This document shows, piece after piece, positions 51,171 to 60,164 of a stretch of 64,000 nt of DNA (position 1 is its first letter; the number at the start of each line of letters is the position of its first letter). Both the position numbers and the translations under genes were made by a program. The stretch is from assembly GCA_024672315.1 (NCBI GenBank), contig GCA_024672315.1_4714.1; one strand, given 5' to 3'. Under the pieces are notes generated by a model, which was not told the DNA's origin, made no database searches, and saw only the letters and a list, made by a program, of their open reading frames with translations. Source of the stretch: a phage.

Positions 51171-51565
51171 AATTGCTGGAAACCTTTAATGCCCCTCCAC
51201 ACCACAACGCAATCCGAAAGGGTAAACGTGATGGTTGTCGAAAGACAGAAAAAAGTTGGAGGGGATTACCTATGTTGCAATAAAAGCCACCGCTTTCTTG
51301 GATAACGAAAGATGACGGTGGTACTAAGGGTAGAAGATAGAAATAAGGTAACCGTAGCAGCGAAGACCCTACGGACTGTCGTGACCGACTCGATGAGTTG
51401 GCGTGGTTAACACGGACAGGCTACGGGTAACGTTCAACGACCATCCGGTTGCGCGGAGTAGGAGAATTAGGATGTTCTCCGAAAAGGGAGAAGTCGGTCG
51501 AGGTGTTGTAGAAACACCGTTGGGTTTGCTAACGCGAATATAAGACAGGCTAAGATATGGTCTAT
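51171..51565 (+). ncRNA. putative group I intron catalytic core (P, R and S conserved elements)
   Basis: ORF-poor 0.8-kb region containing, in canonical order, a P-like element AATTGCTGGAAACC (51171-51184), R-like GTTCAACGACCA (51432-51443) and S-like AAGATATGGTC (51552-51562); R GACCA and S TGGTC can pair as P7 with a compensatory change relative to the canonical GACUA/UAGUC. Splice sites not determined. Confidence 0.5.
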
Positions 51566-51912
51566 TTTTCGTTGTGTTCATGTATAGAAATTACTGAACC
51601 ATCGTAAGAGCTCGATATATCTTCAAGCTATCCAAATGGGCAGATCCTGTTGAATCTATCCAGAGCATGTGTTTTTCGTGAGCTCTCGCGCATTGAGGGC
51701 GTCTCTGACTATCAATTCAGGAAGTTAGGTATCAACTTTATTACCGGAGGTAAAACGAACGCTGTAGACTTCTGTAGAATCGTTTATAAAGCACCGTCGA
51801 TGTTTGAACTTTTAGAACATTTCGATGCGACGCGCCCAAAAGAGGAAGCGCGGACCATCGAATGAATCAAGTATGTTGATCCTCGTTTAACAAAAAGAAA
51901 ACGCATGCGAAG

Positions 51913-51944
51913 CCCCTCCCCCTGGCGGAAGCCGGAGGGAGGGG
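51913..51944. terminator. GC-rich stem-loop, repeat-family member
   Basis: CCCCTCCCCCTGGC-GGAA-GCCGGAGGGAGGGG closing the plus-strand island and abutting the stop of the 51951 minus gene; TTTATG downstream. Confidence 0.4.
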
Positions 51945-51950
51945 TGAGGT

Positions 51951-52436
51951 TTATGCGCGTTCGTTGCCAACCGTTACTTTGTAGTCAGCGTCGGTTAAGA
52001 AAATAGACAGGAATCCATGTTCTTTGCAAATCTGACTAAGGATGTCAGCAATGATTTCGTTGATCATCGGTTTGTTTGCAAGGGCATAGATGTACCCGGG
52101 TGTAAAAGAAAGTGCATGATTGATCATAGGCTCATGAGAAGCCAAGATAAGGATCACGTGATGCTTCCCATCGTCGGTAACGACCGCTTGCGTAGACACG
52201 AAGAAATCAGTGAAGCAGCAGCGATCACAGGCTTTAGGTATATACAAATCACCCAGAGCTTCGTCGCGTGCTTTTATGTGTGTTTCAGGGGTGATGCTGC
52301 TAAGTTGATCTTCAGCGAGATCCAAGACATCCTCAATCGTTTTAAGAATAGCGTTGCGGAAATCCTCGCGGTAGAATGGGATGATATCACGATCGTTCAT
52401 GTAATCGCCGGATTCGATAGTAAAGTTGATGTTCAT
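51951..52436 (-). CDS. hypothetical protein (161 aa)
   Basis: AGGAG RBS 6 nt upstream of ATG; stop overlaps hairpin flank at 51951. Confidence 0.7.
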   Translation of the reverse strand: MNINFTIESGDYMNDRDIIPFYREDFRNAILKTIEDVLDLAEDQLSSITPETHIKARDEALGDLYIPKACDRCCFTDFFVSTQAVVTDDGKHHVILILASHEPMINHALSFTPGYIYALANKPMINEIIADILSQICKEHGFLSIFLTDADYKVTVGNERA

Positions 52437-52546
52437 TGAATGCTCCTAGTGGTTATGTCGATTGATTGACGTGTTAATTTATGTTTGATGAGGTATACTT
52501 GAAACTACAAATAAGGCTCTTGGCGTTGCTGTTATGGTTCAGTTCT

Positions 52547-52999
52547 TTATCCCTTGTTGGATTCGTCAATATACTTGGTGTCGTAAGACAAATGCTGAAT
52601 TAATTTTCTAGGTCTGATGAATATACGACATGTGATAAACACATCAGGATCGTATTGTTCCACGCAACGTCCGAAGGCTCGTTTTGCGGACTGACGCATC
52701 AAGGTTAATTCCTGATCGTTCATCTCATCATCAAATTCGATGTGTATCGTGATTTTATCGGGAAATAAATAGATAGAGTAGTCGCTACCGATATCACCGT
52801 CGTCAAAACGATAATCGTTGTGGTAATGGTGGAGTTTACCTTCGTGTATCGTCTGGTACCACCCGACGATACTATCAAGACCCATACCCAGGCGTCCGAA
52901 TGCCTGATTAATAATATCTTCGACGATGGATGCGGGTGTGGGACCATTGAATAGACGATCTAAGCGCTTTTTCATCGATTTGTCGGTTTTCATGTTCAT
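52547..52999 (-). CDS. hypothetical protein (150 aa)
   Basis: ORF with ATG and AGGA RBS. Confidence 0.65.
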   Translation of the reverse strand: MNMKTDKSMKKRLDRLFNGPTPASIVEDIINQAFGRLGMGLDSIVGWYQTIHEGKLHHYHNDYRFDDGDIGSDYSIYLFPDKITIHIEFDDEMNDQELTLMRQSAKRAFGRCVEQYDPDVFITCRIFIRPRKLIQHLSYDTKYIDESNKG

Positions 53000-53037
53000 T
53001 GTTTCTTTTCCTGTGTAGTCGGTATACAGCCCTTCCC

Positions 53038-53073
53038 CGGCCTTGATGGCTAGGGAAGGGGCTATGCTACGTT
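53038..53073. terminator. GC-rich stem-loop, repeat-family member
   Basis: AGCCCTTCCC...GGGAAGGGGCT with inner GCC/GGC stem; TATG downstream. Confidence 0.35.
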
Positions 53074-53074
53074 G

Positions 53075-53473
53075 TTATGCTTCGCAATCAGCTGAAGGCG
53101 TCGCGCCTTTCTTACCAGCGATACGCCAAATCCGACACGCTGGGTAATGGTTAACCTCTAGAGAGCAAGGAATGTTATATTTCTCTTCCAGCGCATAAAG
53201 ACATTTCGTTAGCTGCTCCAGCGCGTTCTCGTCGTGTCGTAACGCGTGGTGGCCTAATCGATGTTGGTCGTTCTTTATATACGCCTCGAAGAGAACATGT
53301 TGGCGATGTACGCTGACGTTTACAGCCTCGAGTATAGCTTGGTCGAGCATACGACTAAAGCACATCAACGAGTCAGATACGTTTTCTCGCTTAACCAGAT
53401 CGATCATGGTGGGAATATACGAATGGTCGATGTTATCGATGACCGCTTTAGCGACGGAATCAGCAACGTTCAT
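53075..53473 (-). CDS. small hypothetical protein, paralog pair member A (132 aa)
   Basis: Start moved to ATG at 53473 (MNVADSVAKAVIDNIDHS...) with AGGGA RBS, which aligns with the paralog N-terminus MSIVESIVKAVNDNIDHP; shared EEKYNIP-SLEVN motif. Confidence 0.7.
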   Translation of the reverse strand: MNVADSVAKAVIDNIDHSYIPTMIDLVKRENVSDSLMCFSRMLDQAILEAVNVSVHRQHVLFEAYIKNDQHRLGHHALRHDENALEQLTKCLYALEEKYNIPCSLEVNHYPACRIWRIAGKKGATPSADCEA

Positions 53474-53509
53474 CTTTTTAATCCCTAGTTTGTTATTGAT
53501 CACGTATAT

Positions 53510-53905
53510 TTACTCTTTGACGTCAGTTGTCGTTTCGACATGCTTCTCACTACTGACGTACCAGAGCAGGTACGTTGGGAAAAGATTGACCTCTAAGCTA
53601 AATGGGATATTGTATTTCTCTTCCATTTTACAGAGATGTTCTTTAAGTAAATTTCTCGCGTCTCTGTCACCACGAACAGAGTGCCAGTCTAGTTCTTTGT
53701 TCTCCTTTACCAGGACCTCTACGATGATACGTTGCTCGTGAACCTCGGTTTTCACAGTGAAAAGTAAATCGCTGCTATCAAAACGGGTAAAACGAATGTA
53801 TGAACCAGGTGTTTTTTCTTGTTTGATAATATCGATCATGGTAGAAATGCGCGGATGATCGATGTTGTCGTTAACAGCTTTAACGATGGATTCTACAATG
53901 CTCAT
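53510..53905 (-). CDS. small hypothetical protein, paralog pair member B (131 aa)
   Basis: AAGGAT RBS; paralog of 53075-53473. Confidence 0.7.
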   Translation of the reverse strand: MSIVESIVKAVNDNIDHPRISTMIDIIKQEKTPGSYIRFTRFDSSDLLFTVKTEVHEQRIIVEVLVKENKELDWHSVRGDRDARNLLKEHLCKMEEKYNIPFSLEVNLFPTYLLWYVSSEKHVETTTDVKE

Positions 53906-53938
53906 TTTTTTATCCTTAATGTTATCGATTTGTAAATA

Positions 53939-54706
53939 TTACTTATTTTTGCTTTCTTTATAGACAGTTGTTACCCACGATGGGAAAGCCGGATGGAAAC
54001 AGAGCGTGAACGTAACTGTCGTATCGTATTTAAACGCACAGTTCACTAACCGGGTATCGAACGTTTTCCTTAGACCATCATCATCGTTATCGATGACAGC
54101 CATATCTCTTAATATCCCAAGCACGTTAACGCCGTCGAGTGTCTGGGTTACAACAAGTCGTCGTAATGGCCCGCATGTATAGTTACGTACAAATCCTTTC
54201 TTCGGGTCCGATACCCTGTTTAACGCATCGTGATTTTTGATGAATTCATCGGCGATCCAATAGATTTGTTCCCTTGCTTTATCGGGATCGTATTCTGCTA
54301 ATAGTTCCTTCGTGTCGAACGTTATCACGTTATTATCATTCGATTCAGAAGGGAAACATAAAACTAAACGAACAGGGTATTCGTATTGATCTGTTCTTGT
54401 TTCGAAAGCATTAGCTAAACACGGCTTGTATGCCTTTGCGTCGACATTGTCCAAACATGGATGCAATAATGCGTGAATAACGGCACCATCGTCAGTTAAA
54501 CCGAATTCCAGAAATTGTACCCTATCAGTATCCGCTACGGTTTTCTGAAGATACGCTTTACCGTTTACGATATCGGTATCCCACATATCGTCGTTTAACG
54601 ATTCTTCAAACTTATCGAATATATGGTTTACGAGATTGACGAGTTCATCAATACGGCACTGTTGGTTGAATTCGATTAATCGCTGAACTTTATCTTTGAT
54701 AGACAT
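53939..54706 (-). CDS. hypothetical protein, probable member of tandem paralog array (255 aa)
   Basis: AAGGGG RBS; segment VDAKAYKPCLANAFETR...PVRLVLCF resembles VDAIRRLADVANNAFTKS...PITLTLKF of the next gene. Confidence 0.65.
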   Translation of the reverse strand: MSIKDKVQRLIEFNQQCRIDELVNLVNHIFDKFEESLNDDMWDTDIVNGKAYLQKTVADTDRVQFLEFGLTDDGAVIHALLHPCLDNVDAKAYKPCLANAFETRTDQYEYPVRLVLCFPSESNDNNVITFDTKELLAEYDPDKAREQIYWIADEFIKNHDALNRVSDPKKGFVRNYTCGPLRRLVVTQTLDGVNVLGILRDMAVIDNDDDGLRKTFDTRLVNCAFKYDTTVTFTLCFHPAFPSWVTTVYKESKNK

Positions 54707-54708
54707 GA

Positions 54709-55167
54709 TTACCCCTTAGCTCCTTCTTCGTCTGGAGAGTATTCCATCGTGTAGAATTCATAACCGTCGGAAAACTTGAGTGTTAATGTAATAGGGAAAT
54801 CGCACGGCATAGCTGATTTCGTAAATGCGTTATTAGCAACATCCGCCAACCGACGTATAGCATCAACCCCGCTGACGCTGAATGGTAGTTGTATGTTGAT
54901 AAGGATACGATGCTTGTAAACATAGAAAACAACGGTACTGTCAAGATAAACGCTATGAAACGGTATTGTTGGGATGCGTTCCACGATGGTAAAATACGTG
55001 CCGTCATTATCGCTATGTCCCATCGACCAAATATCGGATTTACGTAGATTTTGTTTGAGGGATTCGATACTTCGAGTGACGGTCTCAGCAACAGGCGTGA
55101 CGTAAGTGTCTCTATGCGAGTCGAAAAGTTCGTTGACGTTAGATTCGAATGAATACATTGTTGCCAT
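54709..55167 (-). CDS. small hypothetical protein, tandem paralog (152 aa)
   Basis: AAGAGG RBS; start overlaps upstream stop by 1 nt (TAATG); shares LPFSV-G motif with 55167-55628. Confidence 0.7.
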   Translation of the reverse strand: MATMYSFESNVNELFDSHRDTYVTPVAETVTRSIESLKQNLRKSDIWSMGHSDNDGTYFTIVERIPTIPFHSVYLDSTVVFYVYKHRILINIQLPFSVSGVDAIRRLADVANNAFTKSAMPCDFPITLTLKFSDGYEFYTMEYSPDEEGAKG

Positions 55168-55628
55168 TATTCTACCTCTTTCTTCATCTTCATCGGAACA
55201 GAGAGTGCTGTTATCTCTGTTCCATTATCCGGTTCATACTCCAATGTAACGAGATTGCAGCCATCCGATAATTCATAATCGATCGCTAGGGGGAACGAGA
55301 TACCGTGCGACTTTATGCATTTACCAAATGTCTCGTTGGCTGTATACATTAGAAGTTGCTTTGCGGCAAGCCCGTTTACGCTGAAAGGTAATTGTGCTGT
55401 CGCAGCGATACGATTATTGTAAACTCTGATATCGGTGATATCTACAATCGTAGCATTGCCGTGTTGTGTTGTTGGAACGGATAGGTTGTAGAAGTAAGGT
55501 TCGGAGTCGGAATCGGACTCATTAAATAATTCCCAGCATCCGTCCTCCTGCAATCTTACCTCGAGTATTTCAAAGCTTTTAATTATCGATTCTACCAGCT
55601 GCTCACCGTAAGAATCCCACGTCGTCAT
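55167..55628 (-). CDS. small hypothetical protein, tandem paralog (153 aa)
   Basis: ATG with AAGGTG upstream; paralog of 54709-55167 (AQLPFSVNGLAAKQLLMYTANETFGKC vs IQLPFSVSGVDAIRRLADVANNAFTKS). Confidence 0.7.
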   Translation of the reverse strand: MTTWDSYGEQLVESIIKSFEILEVRLQEDGCWELFNESDSDSEPYFYNLSVPTTQHGNATIVDITDIRVYNNRIAATAQLPFSVNGLAAKQLLMYTANETFGKCIKSHGISFPLAIDYELSDGCNLVTLEYEPDNGTEITALSVPMKMKKEVE

Positions 55629-55699
55629 TTTTTAACACCTTCGACACCTTTTAACCGATACGTGTCCCACCTAACAAGGGACACGATATCGTCGATTAA

Positions 55700-56194
55700 T
55701 TACTCTTCTGTGTTTTCATTGTCAGGATCGTAGTGGAATTCGAACAGCCCTGAACCGTCGTGTCCGTTGATTGTTAGTATAACTGGCATATCGAATCCTC
55801 GGACGCGCGAATGAAAACACTGTGCTAATTTTAGTTTGGCGTATGCCGCTATTTCATTGACGGCAATACACGACTCACCTGTTATACTCAGTATAACGTC
55901 GATACTAACAATGTTGTCGTGCAACGCAAAACGCCAGCGATCGATACGATTATTATCTTTAGCAGCTGTCTCGTTTACGAGATAGACTTTATCGTCAACC
56001 GACAAAGCAGGTCTCCAGCAACTGTTGTTCCTTAAATTCGCCTCGAATCGCAGCATCGTTGTGTCGATAATATCCCAACATGCAACTAGTACGGTATTGG
56101 GCACTAAATTGAGAAGAGCTGATACCCTATCCTTTATTTTAAGTGCTTCCGCAGGACGCCCGCAAATACCATGCATTTCAACTTTCTTATCCAT
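55700..56194 (-). CDS. small hypothetical protein, tandem paralog (164 aa)
   Basis: Start moved to ATG at 56194 with AGAGGTG RBS (ORF-track GTG start 56200 rejected); C-terminal region similar to neighbouring paralogs. Confidence 0.65.
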   Translation of the reverse strand: MDKKVEMHGICGRPAEALKIKDRVSALLNLVPNTVLVACWDIIDTTMLRFEANLRNNSCWRPALSVDDKVYLVNETAAKDNNRIDRWRFALHDNIVSIDVILSITGESCIAVNEIAAYAKLKLAQCFHSRVRGFDMPVILTINGHDGSGLFEFHYDPDNENTEE

Positions 56195-56237
56195 ATTCAC
56201 CTCTTTTTTAATCTAAATGTTAGTTGGGATAGGGCGA

Positions 56238-56840
56238 TCACATGCTTTCTAACATATCGATGATCATGGAACCCATACCGAAACTCGGTCTCTCGCCGAT
56301 GTACTCAGCAAGCTGACGATGAACGTCTTTTGGATTTCCTTCTTCACCATCAGCATCGATGTAGACCGAAAAAGAAAATGAATCGGAATCCACACTGATA
56401 ACCAGACGGCGTTCATTGCGTTCCTTAAGTGTATCGACAATAGCTGCTTTCAGTATTGCGATCGCATTCATCGCGTGCATGATATCTCCATCGGGTTTCG
56501 GCAGATCGATCTTTTCTTTCAGGTCGATATTGATGTTGGTTACAATTGGGTTGAGGTCGACCTTGACATAATCGTTGGGATACATGCGAATAATCGCACG
56601 ATCGATATCTGAACCGTAAAAGTCAACACGTGGCTTTAACACCTCTTTGTTTGGATCCATGTTTTCATCCATCCCTGCCTGCAAGAAACGTTCGACGTTA
56701 TCCAGTTCACGATAGACTGACGCTTCGATTTCTTTCAGATAGTTGGCTGCGGTTTCATGTTCTTTACGTAGCTCGTCTTTAAGGAGCTGTACTGTGGTTT
56801 CACTGGAACGAATGCTGTTCGCGAATTGGGTAATTGACAT
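56238..56840 (-). CDS. hypothetical protein (200 aa)
   Basis: Start moved to ATG at 56840 with AAGGA RBS 7 nt upstream (ORF-track TTG start 56870 rejected). Confidence 0.65.
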   Translation of the reverse strand: MSITQFANSIRSSETTVQLLKDELRKEHETAANYLKEIEASVYRELDNVERFLQAGMDENMDPNKEVLKPRVDFYGSDIDRAIIRMYPNDYVKVDLNPIVTNINIDLKEKIDLPKPDGDIMHAMNAIAILKAAIVDTLKERNERRLVISVDSDSFSFSVYIDADGEEGNPKDVHRQLAEYIGERPSFGMGSMIIDMLESM

Positions 56841-56897
56841 ATCGAATTCCTTAAATTCTCTTGGGTTCAATTAATGATGAAAAGCTGTAAAAAAAGA

Positions 56898-56915
56898 GGT
56901 GGGGCGAACCCCACC
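56898..56915 (-). terminator. intrinsic (rho-independent) terminator
   Basis: 7-bp GC stem GGTGGGG-CGAA-CCCCACC followed on the minus strand by a T7 run 3 nt after the stem; 25 nt downstream of the 56941 gene stop. Confidence 0.6.
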
Positions 56916-56940
56916 AAAACGTCAGACACACGCAGGAAAA

Positions 56941-57366
56941 TTAATTCAGTGATGCATATAAGGCATAACGACTGTAGATCTCAACCGCCGGTCCGTTATG
57001 TGTTAACAGACCGTCTCGGCCGTAATACTGGAAAAATGAATAACGTTTGTCGAAGTGATAAACAAAAGCAATGTCTTTGCCGTCAAAACCCATGACGCGC
57101 GGCCTGTTTTTATCTAGCAACGCTTTGACTTTTAACAGTGTTGCCGCACGCGCTTTAACGTTAGGGATTAATCCATCACAATCGATATAAACCGTGTAAC
57201 CTGTTTCAGATGTTGCGACGGTTGTATTGCGATTGACGCGAAAGATTTTTGTTTTGTACGTATCATCTTCAAGAATTGGGTTTTGTTTTTCGTATTTTCG
57301 TTTACGTAGAAATTCTACAACGGTGATATAGTTAGCGGTAATATGCCCGGTTATAGCTTGTAACAT
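56941..57366 (-). CDS. hypothetical protein (141 aa)
   Basis: AAGGAT RBS; followed by canonical intrinsic terminator on the minus strand. Confidence 0.7.
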   Translation of the reverse strand: MLQAITGHITANYITVVEFLRKRKYEKQNPILEDDTYKTKIFRVNRNTTVATSETGYTVYIDCDGLIPNVKARAATLLKVKALLDKNRPRVMGFDGKDIAFVYHFDKRYSFFQYYGRDGLLTHNGPAVEIYSRYALYASLN

Positions 57367-57426
57367 CTTGACATCCTTTTATATTGGATTGATTGCAATT
57401 GTCTTAAATAGATGATAAGATATTTT

Positions 57427-57508
57427 GCTCTTATCACTAAGGTAATGCTTACGCGTCGCGTTCATGATGCATGGCATCATGAAGGTAATATAGTCGTGAA
57501 ATAAACTG
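57427..57508 (-). promoter_or_regulatory. conserved AT-rich motif (split copy), candidate phage promoter
   Basis: Same motif as 17709-17747, split by a 33-nt insertion carrying two small palindromes (ACGCGTCGCGT; TCATGATGC-ATG-GCATCATGA); minus-strand reading contains exact TATATTAC. Confidence 0.35.
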
Positions 57509-57540
57509 CGTTAACACGAAATAAAAACAGCATAGAAACC

Positions 57541-57584
57541 TCCTCCCCCATCCTTCAAGAGGACGGTGGGAAGAGGGAGAGATT
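57541..57584. terminator. GC-rich stem-loop, degenerate repeat-family member
   Basis: CCTCCTCCCCCA...GGTGGGAAGAGG imperfect hairpin; flank GCATAGAA upstream; adjacent to conserved promoter-like motif. Confidence 0.3.
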
Positions 57585-57984
57585 AAATGTCGTGGACGGC
57601 AACGCCGTTTAACCAACAATACAGCTTAACGCGACAGGAATACCGCTTCGTTGCAGCAACCATTTCATCGCGTAAACGCTGGTAGATTTCATCCTGGTGT
57701 TCACGATCAATGGGGTAATCAGCCCAACATTCGATCATGACGTCACCATTCGTCAGAATCGTCGTACGCATCCTGTCCTGGATACGGCGGTCTTTCCCGG
57801 CATTAGGGAAATACATTCCTTCGGTACGAATAAGGTCGCCGCAGGGCATGACTAACCATTCGTTCGTTTTGCCGGTATTCTTATAATCCATTACGGCTTG
57901 CATTGCGGTGTCAACGCTAAAAGAAACATAATTCCAAACGGATGTCCAACGATAGATTGCGGGTTGTTCGAGTGTTTCGTTCAT
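57583..57984 (-). CDS. hypothetical protein (133 aa)
   Basis: ORF with ATG and AGGA-like RBS. Confidence 0.65.
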   Translation of the reverse strand: MNETLEQPAIYRWTSVWNYVSFSVDTAMQAVMDYKNTGKTNEWLVMPCGDLIRTEGMYFPNAGKDRRIQDRMRTTILTNGDVMIECWADYPIDREHQDEIYQRLRDEMVAATKRYSCRVKLYCWLNGVAVHDI

Positions 57985-58038
57985 GGAGTGCTTTTCCTAT
58001 TTTTATTTTCTGCACAGGATAAATTCAACGGCATAAAG

Positions 58039-58070
58039 CCCTTCCCTGCCCTTATATGGGGCGGGAAGAG
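58039..58070. terminator. GC-rich stem-loop, repeat-family member (imperfect)
   Basis: CCCTTCCCTGCCC...GGGGCGGGAAGAG with flanks GCATAAAG / TTTATGACC. Confidence 0.3.
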
Positions 58071-58197
58071 TTTATGACCGCAATGAGAATCTCTCACGAC
58101 AAGCTCACGACGATTATCGCATCACCCCGCGAGTGAGGGAGATCAGGATCACCTCCTACGTCGTAACGACAGCAATCCCGTTACGTCGCTTTAGACG

Positions 58198-58824
58198 TTA
58201 TGCAAAGCGACGCATGTAACCTGCCAGATAGTTACGCGTATCGAAGTAGGCAATTTCAGGAATTGCGATATTAAGGTCGATAGCGCGGATTTCAACTTGG
58301 CGACGGCTTTCATCATAGATCGCATCCATCAGACGCAGTACTGTCAGGAAAGCCATGCGGGTATGGTAGTCCAGCGGCATGTTGTCGATACCGCGATACA
58401 GATAACGGTTTGCATTAAATGCCCCTTCGCTGTTATCTTTCCAGATCTTCAGAATATCAGCAAAGGCGGTGCGGAAAACCTCAGGATTATCCACATCCAG
58501 TAACGCACGGAAAGCAGACATTAAAGACCGCTGATGACGGATCAACGACTGCGGTGTTTGCGGCATGGTCGGACCCATTTCTTCCGCGTATTTCTGGAAC
58601 GGGGCAACCAGGGTTGCGGCACGAGAAGCCACGATAGAAACAGCTGGCGATTCTTTCGCCGCTGGTTTCGCAGGCTTTTCTTCAACAACGGTTTCCTTCT
58701 TCTCAACAGCGACCGTTTCCGGCTGTGCTACAACATCACTAACCGGAGCATCTGCAACGGTGGTTTCTACCGCAGTAATCTCCTCGTCCATTTTTGCAGA
58801 ACGTTGGTCTTTATTCTTGCTCAT
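58198..58824 (-). CDS. hypothetical protein (208 aa)
   Basis: AAGGA RBS 7 nt upstream of ATG; stop lies inside a hairpin (58184-58212). Confidence 0.7.
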   Translation of the reverse strand: MSKNKDQRSAKMDEEITAVETTVADAPVSDVVAQPETVAVEKKETVVEEKPAKPAAKESPAVSIVASRAATLVAPFQKYAEEMGPTMPQTPQSLIRHQRSLMSAFRALLDVDNPEVFRTAFADILKIWKDNSEGAFNANRYLYRGIDNMPLDYHTRMAFLTVLRLMDAIYDESRRQVEIRAIDLNIAIPEIAYFDTRNYLAGYMRRFA

Positions 58825-58849
58825 GTTTATTTCCTTTTGTTTAACAAGG

Positions 58850-60151
58850 TTAACTAATATAAAGTTCAGGATCGTAAGGCGCTAACGATACACTGGCGTT
58901 ATGCATTGCTTTCATCATAGTGTTCATGAAAACGTTGTTTACACCGGTGATCTCTGCCCCGATCGCATCTGGGGTTGGAGCCATCGCGTTACCGCAACAG
59001 GTAGCACAGTATTCCAATGGGCCTGCTTTACAACGTTGAGGATCACGTAACTTGATGGTTTGTCCTTCCAAGGAAGCGAGTAATTCAGCATCGATAAGTT
59101 TAAGAGCCGCGCCGTCGATCATGTAACGGCCGACAAGCAGCTTATCTTTGATGTGGTCGCGGTTTACCGTGAAAAGAATATGCTCGTGGGTACCGCAGTC
59201 GTCCATCGTGATTTTAAGGTTCTGTGTCGCACGTTGTGATTCTTTCGCCGTCTGTCCAGCTAAAGCGGTCAACGCACCACGTGAGAACGAACCGGCACGT
59301 GCACTGTTGTTGTACTCCGCCCAATGGTCGACACGCATCCCTTCGGCCAGGCTGTGTGTGATAACGTTACGTTTACCGGGGTCAACGAAGTCGGCTTCAA
59401 CCCCCATCATGATGTGCGTTTTCTTTCGAGTATTACCGAAACTCTTGCCTGGGTTAATATAGAACCCTTCCGACTCATCGCCCTTAAAGGATTCCTTATC
59501 CATTTTGGTTAGCGTGGCTTCGAGTTTGATCAGTTCTTCAGGCGTGAACTTACCTTCCTCTTGTAAGCGCGCCAACTCTTTATCACGATAGGCAATAATA
59601 TCATCATCGACCGTTAACGCTTTATCACTCATTGACGGGACAATTAAACGGTTGATAGCGGTTAATGCGCTGATATTGTTGGTGAATTTCTTCACTTCGC
59701 TTGCGTACAACGGACCAATAGGACGTTCATTAGGATCGGGTATTCCCTCTTCGGGATCGTCCGCTACGCGTGGCGCAATCAGTGACTCCAGTGTGCCGCT
59801 GGTCAACCGTCCTGCCTGATATTCAATCTGAATACCGAAAGCATCATAAAGGACGTACATATTGAACAACGCTTCACCGAAGGTTGTGGTGGTTGTGTTC
59901 TTAACCGACGGTAAATCGCCAGGTGCGAGCTCCAACGGCTCCCAGAAACTCAACAAGGGTTTTGTTGGCTCGGTTTCCCATTGGTGTTCTTCACCGTCGA
60001 TGGTAACCGTAACGACGTTACCTTGACGACGTAATTTAGGCTGATACTTCTCAGCGCCGCCTTCCGTAAAAGCAAATGCGTCGTTAATCCATTCAAGATA
60101 TCGGTAGTGCCCTTCACGCATCGCGTAAAGGAAATATTCACGAGGTGTCAT
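58850..60151 (-). CDS. hypothetical protein (433 aa) with C-terminal cysteine cluster
   Basis: AAGGAG RBS 7 nt upstream of ATG; C-terminal cluster CKAGPLEYCATCCGN. Confidence 0.75.
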   Translation of the reverse strand: MTPREYFLYAMREGHYRYLEWINDAFAFTEGGAEKYQPKLRRQGNVVTVTIDGEEHQWETEPTKPLLSFWEPLELAPGDLPSVKNTTTTTFGEALFNMYVLYDAFGIQIEYQAGRLTSGTLESLIAPRVADDPEEGIPDPNERPIGPLYASEVKKFTNNISALTAINRLIVPSMSDKALTVDDDIIAYRDKELARLQEEGKFTPEELIKLEATLTKMDKESFKGDESEGFYINPGKSFGNTRKKTHIMMGVEADFVDPGKRNVITHSLAEGMRVDHWAEYNNSARAGSFSRGALTALAGQTAKESQRATQNLKITMDDCGTHEHILFTVNRDHIKDKLLVGRYMIDGAALKLIDAELLASLEGQTIKLRDPQRCKAGPLEYCATCCGNAMAPTPDAIGAEITGVNNVFMNTMMKAMHNASVSLAPYDPELYIS

Positions 60152-60164
60152 GTAACAACTCCTT

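Noticed and set aside
51132-51950. tRNA genes in the ORF-poor region
   Set aside because: No segment shows a cloverleaf with a GTTCRANYC T-loop and matching acceptor stem; the structure present fits group I intron elements instead.
4828-58070. CRISPR array interpretation of the repeated GC-rich elements
   Set aside because: Copies are individually palindromic, variable in sequence, irregularly spaced by kilobases and separated by genes, not by short unique spacers.
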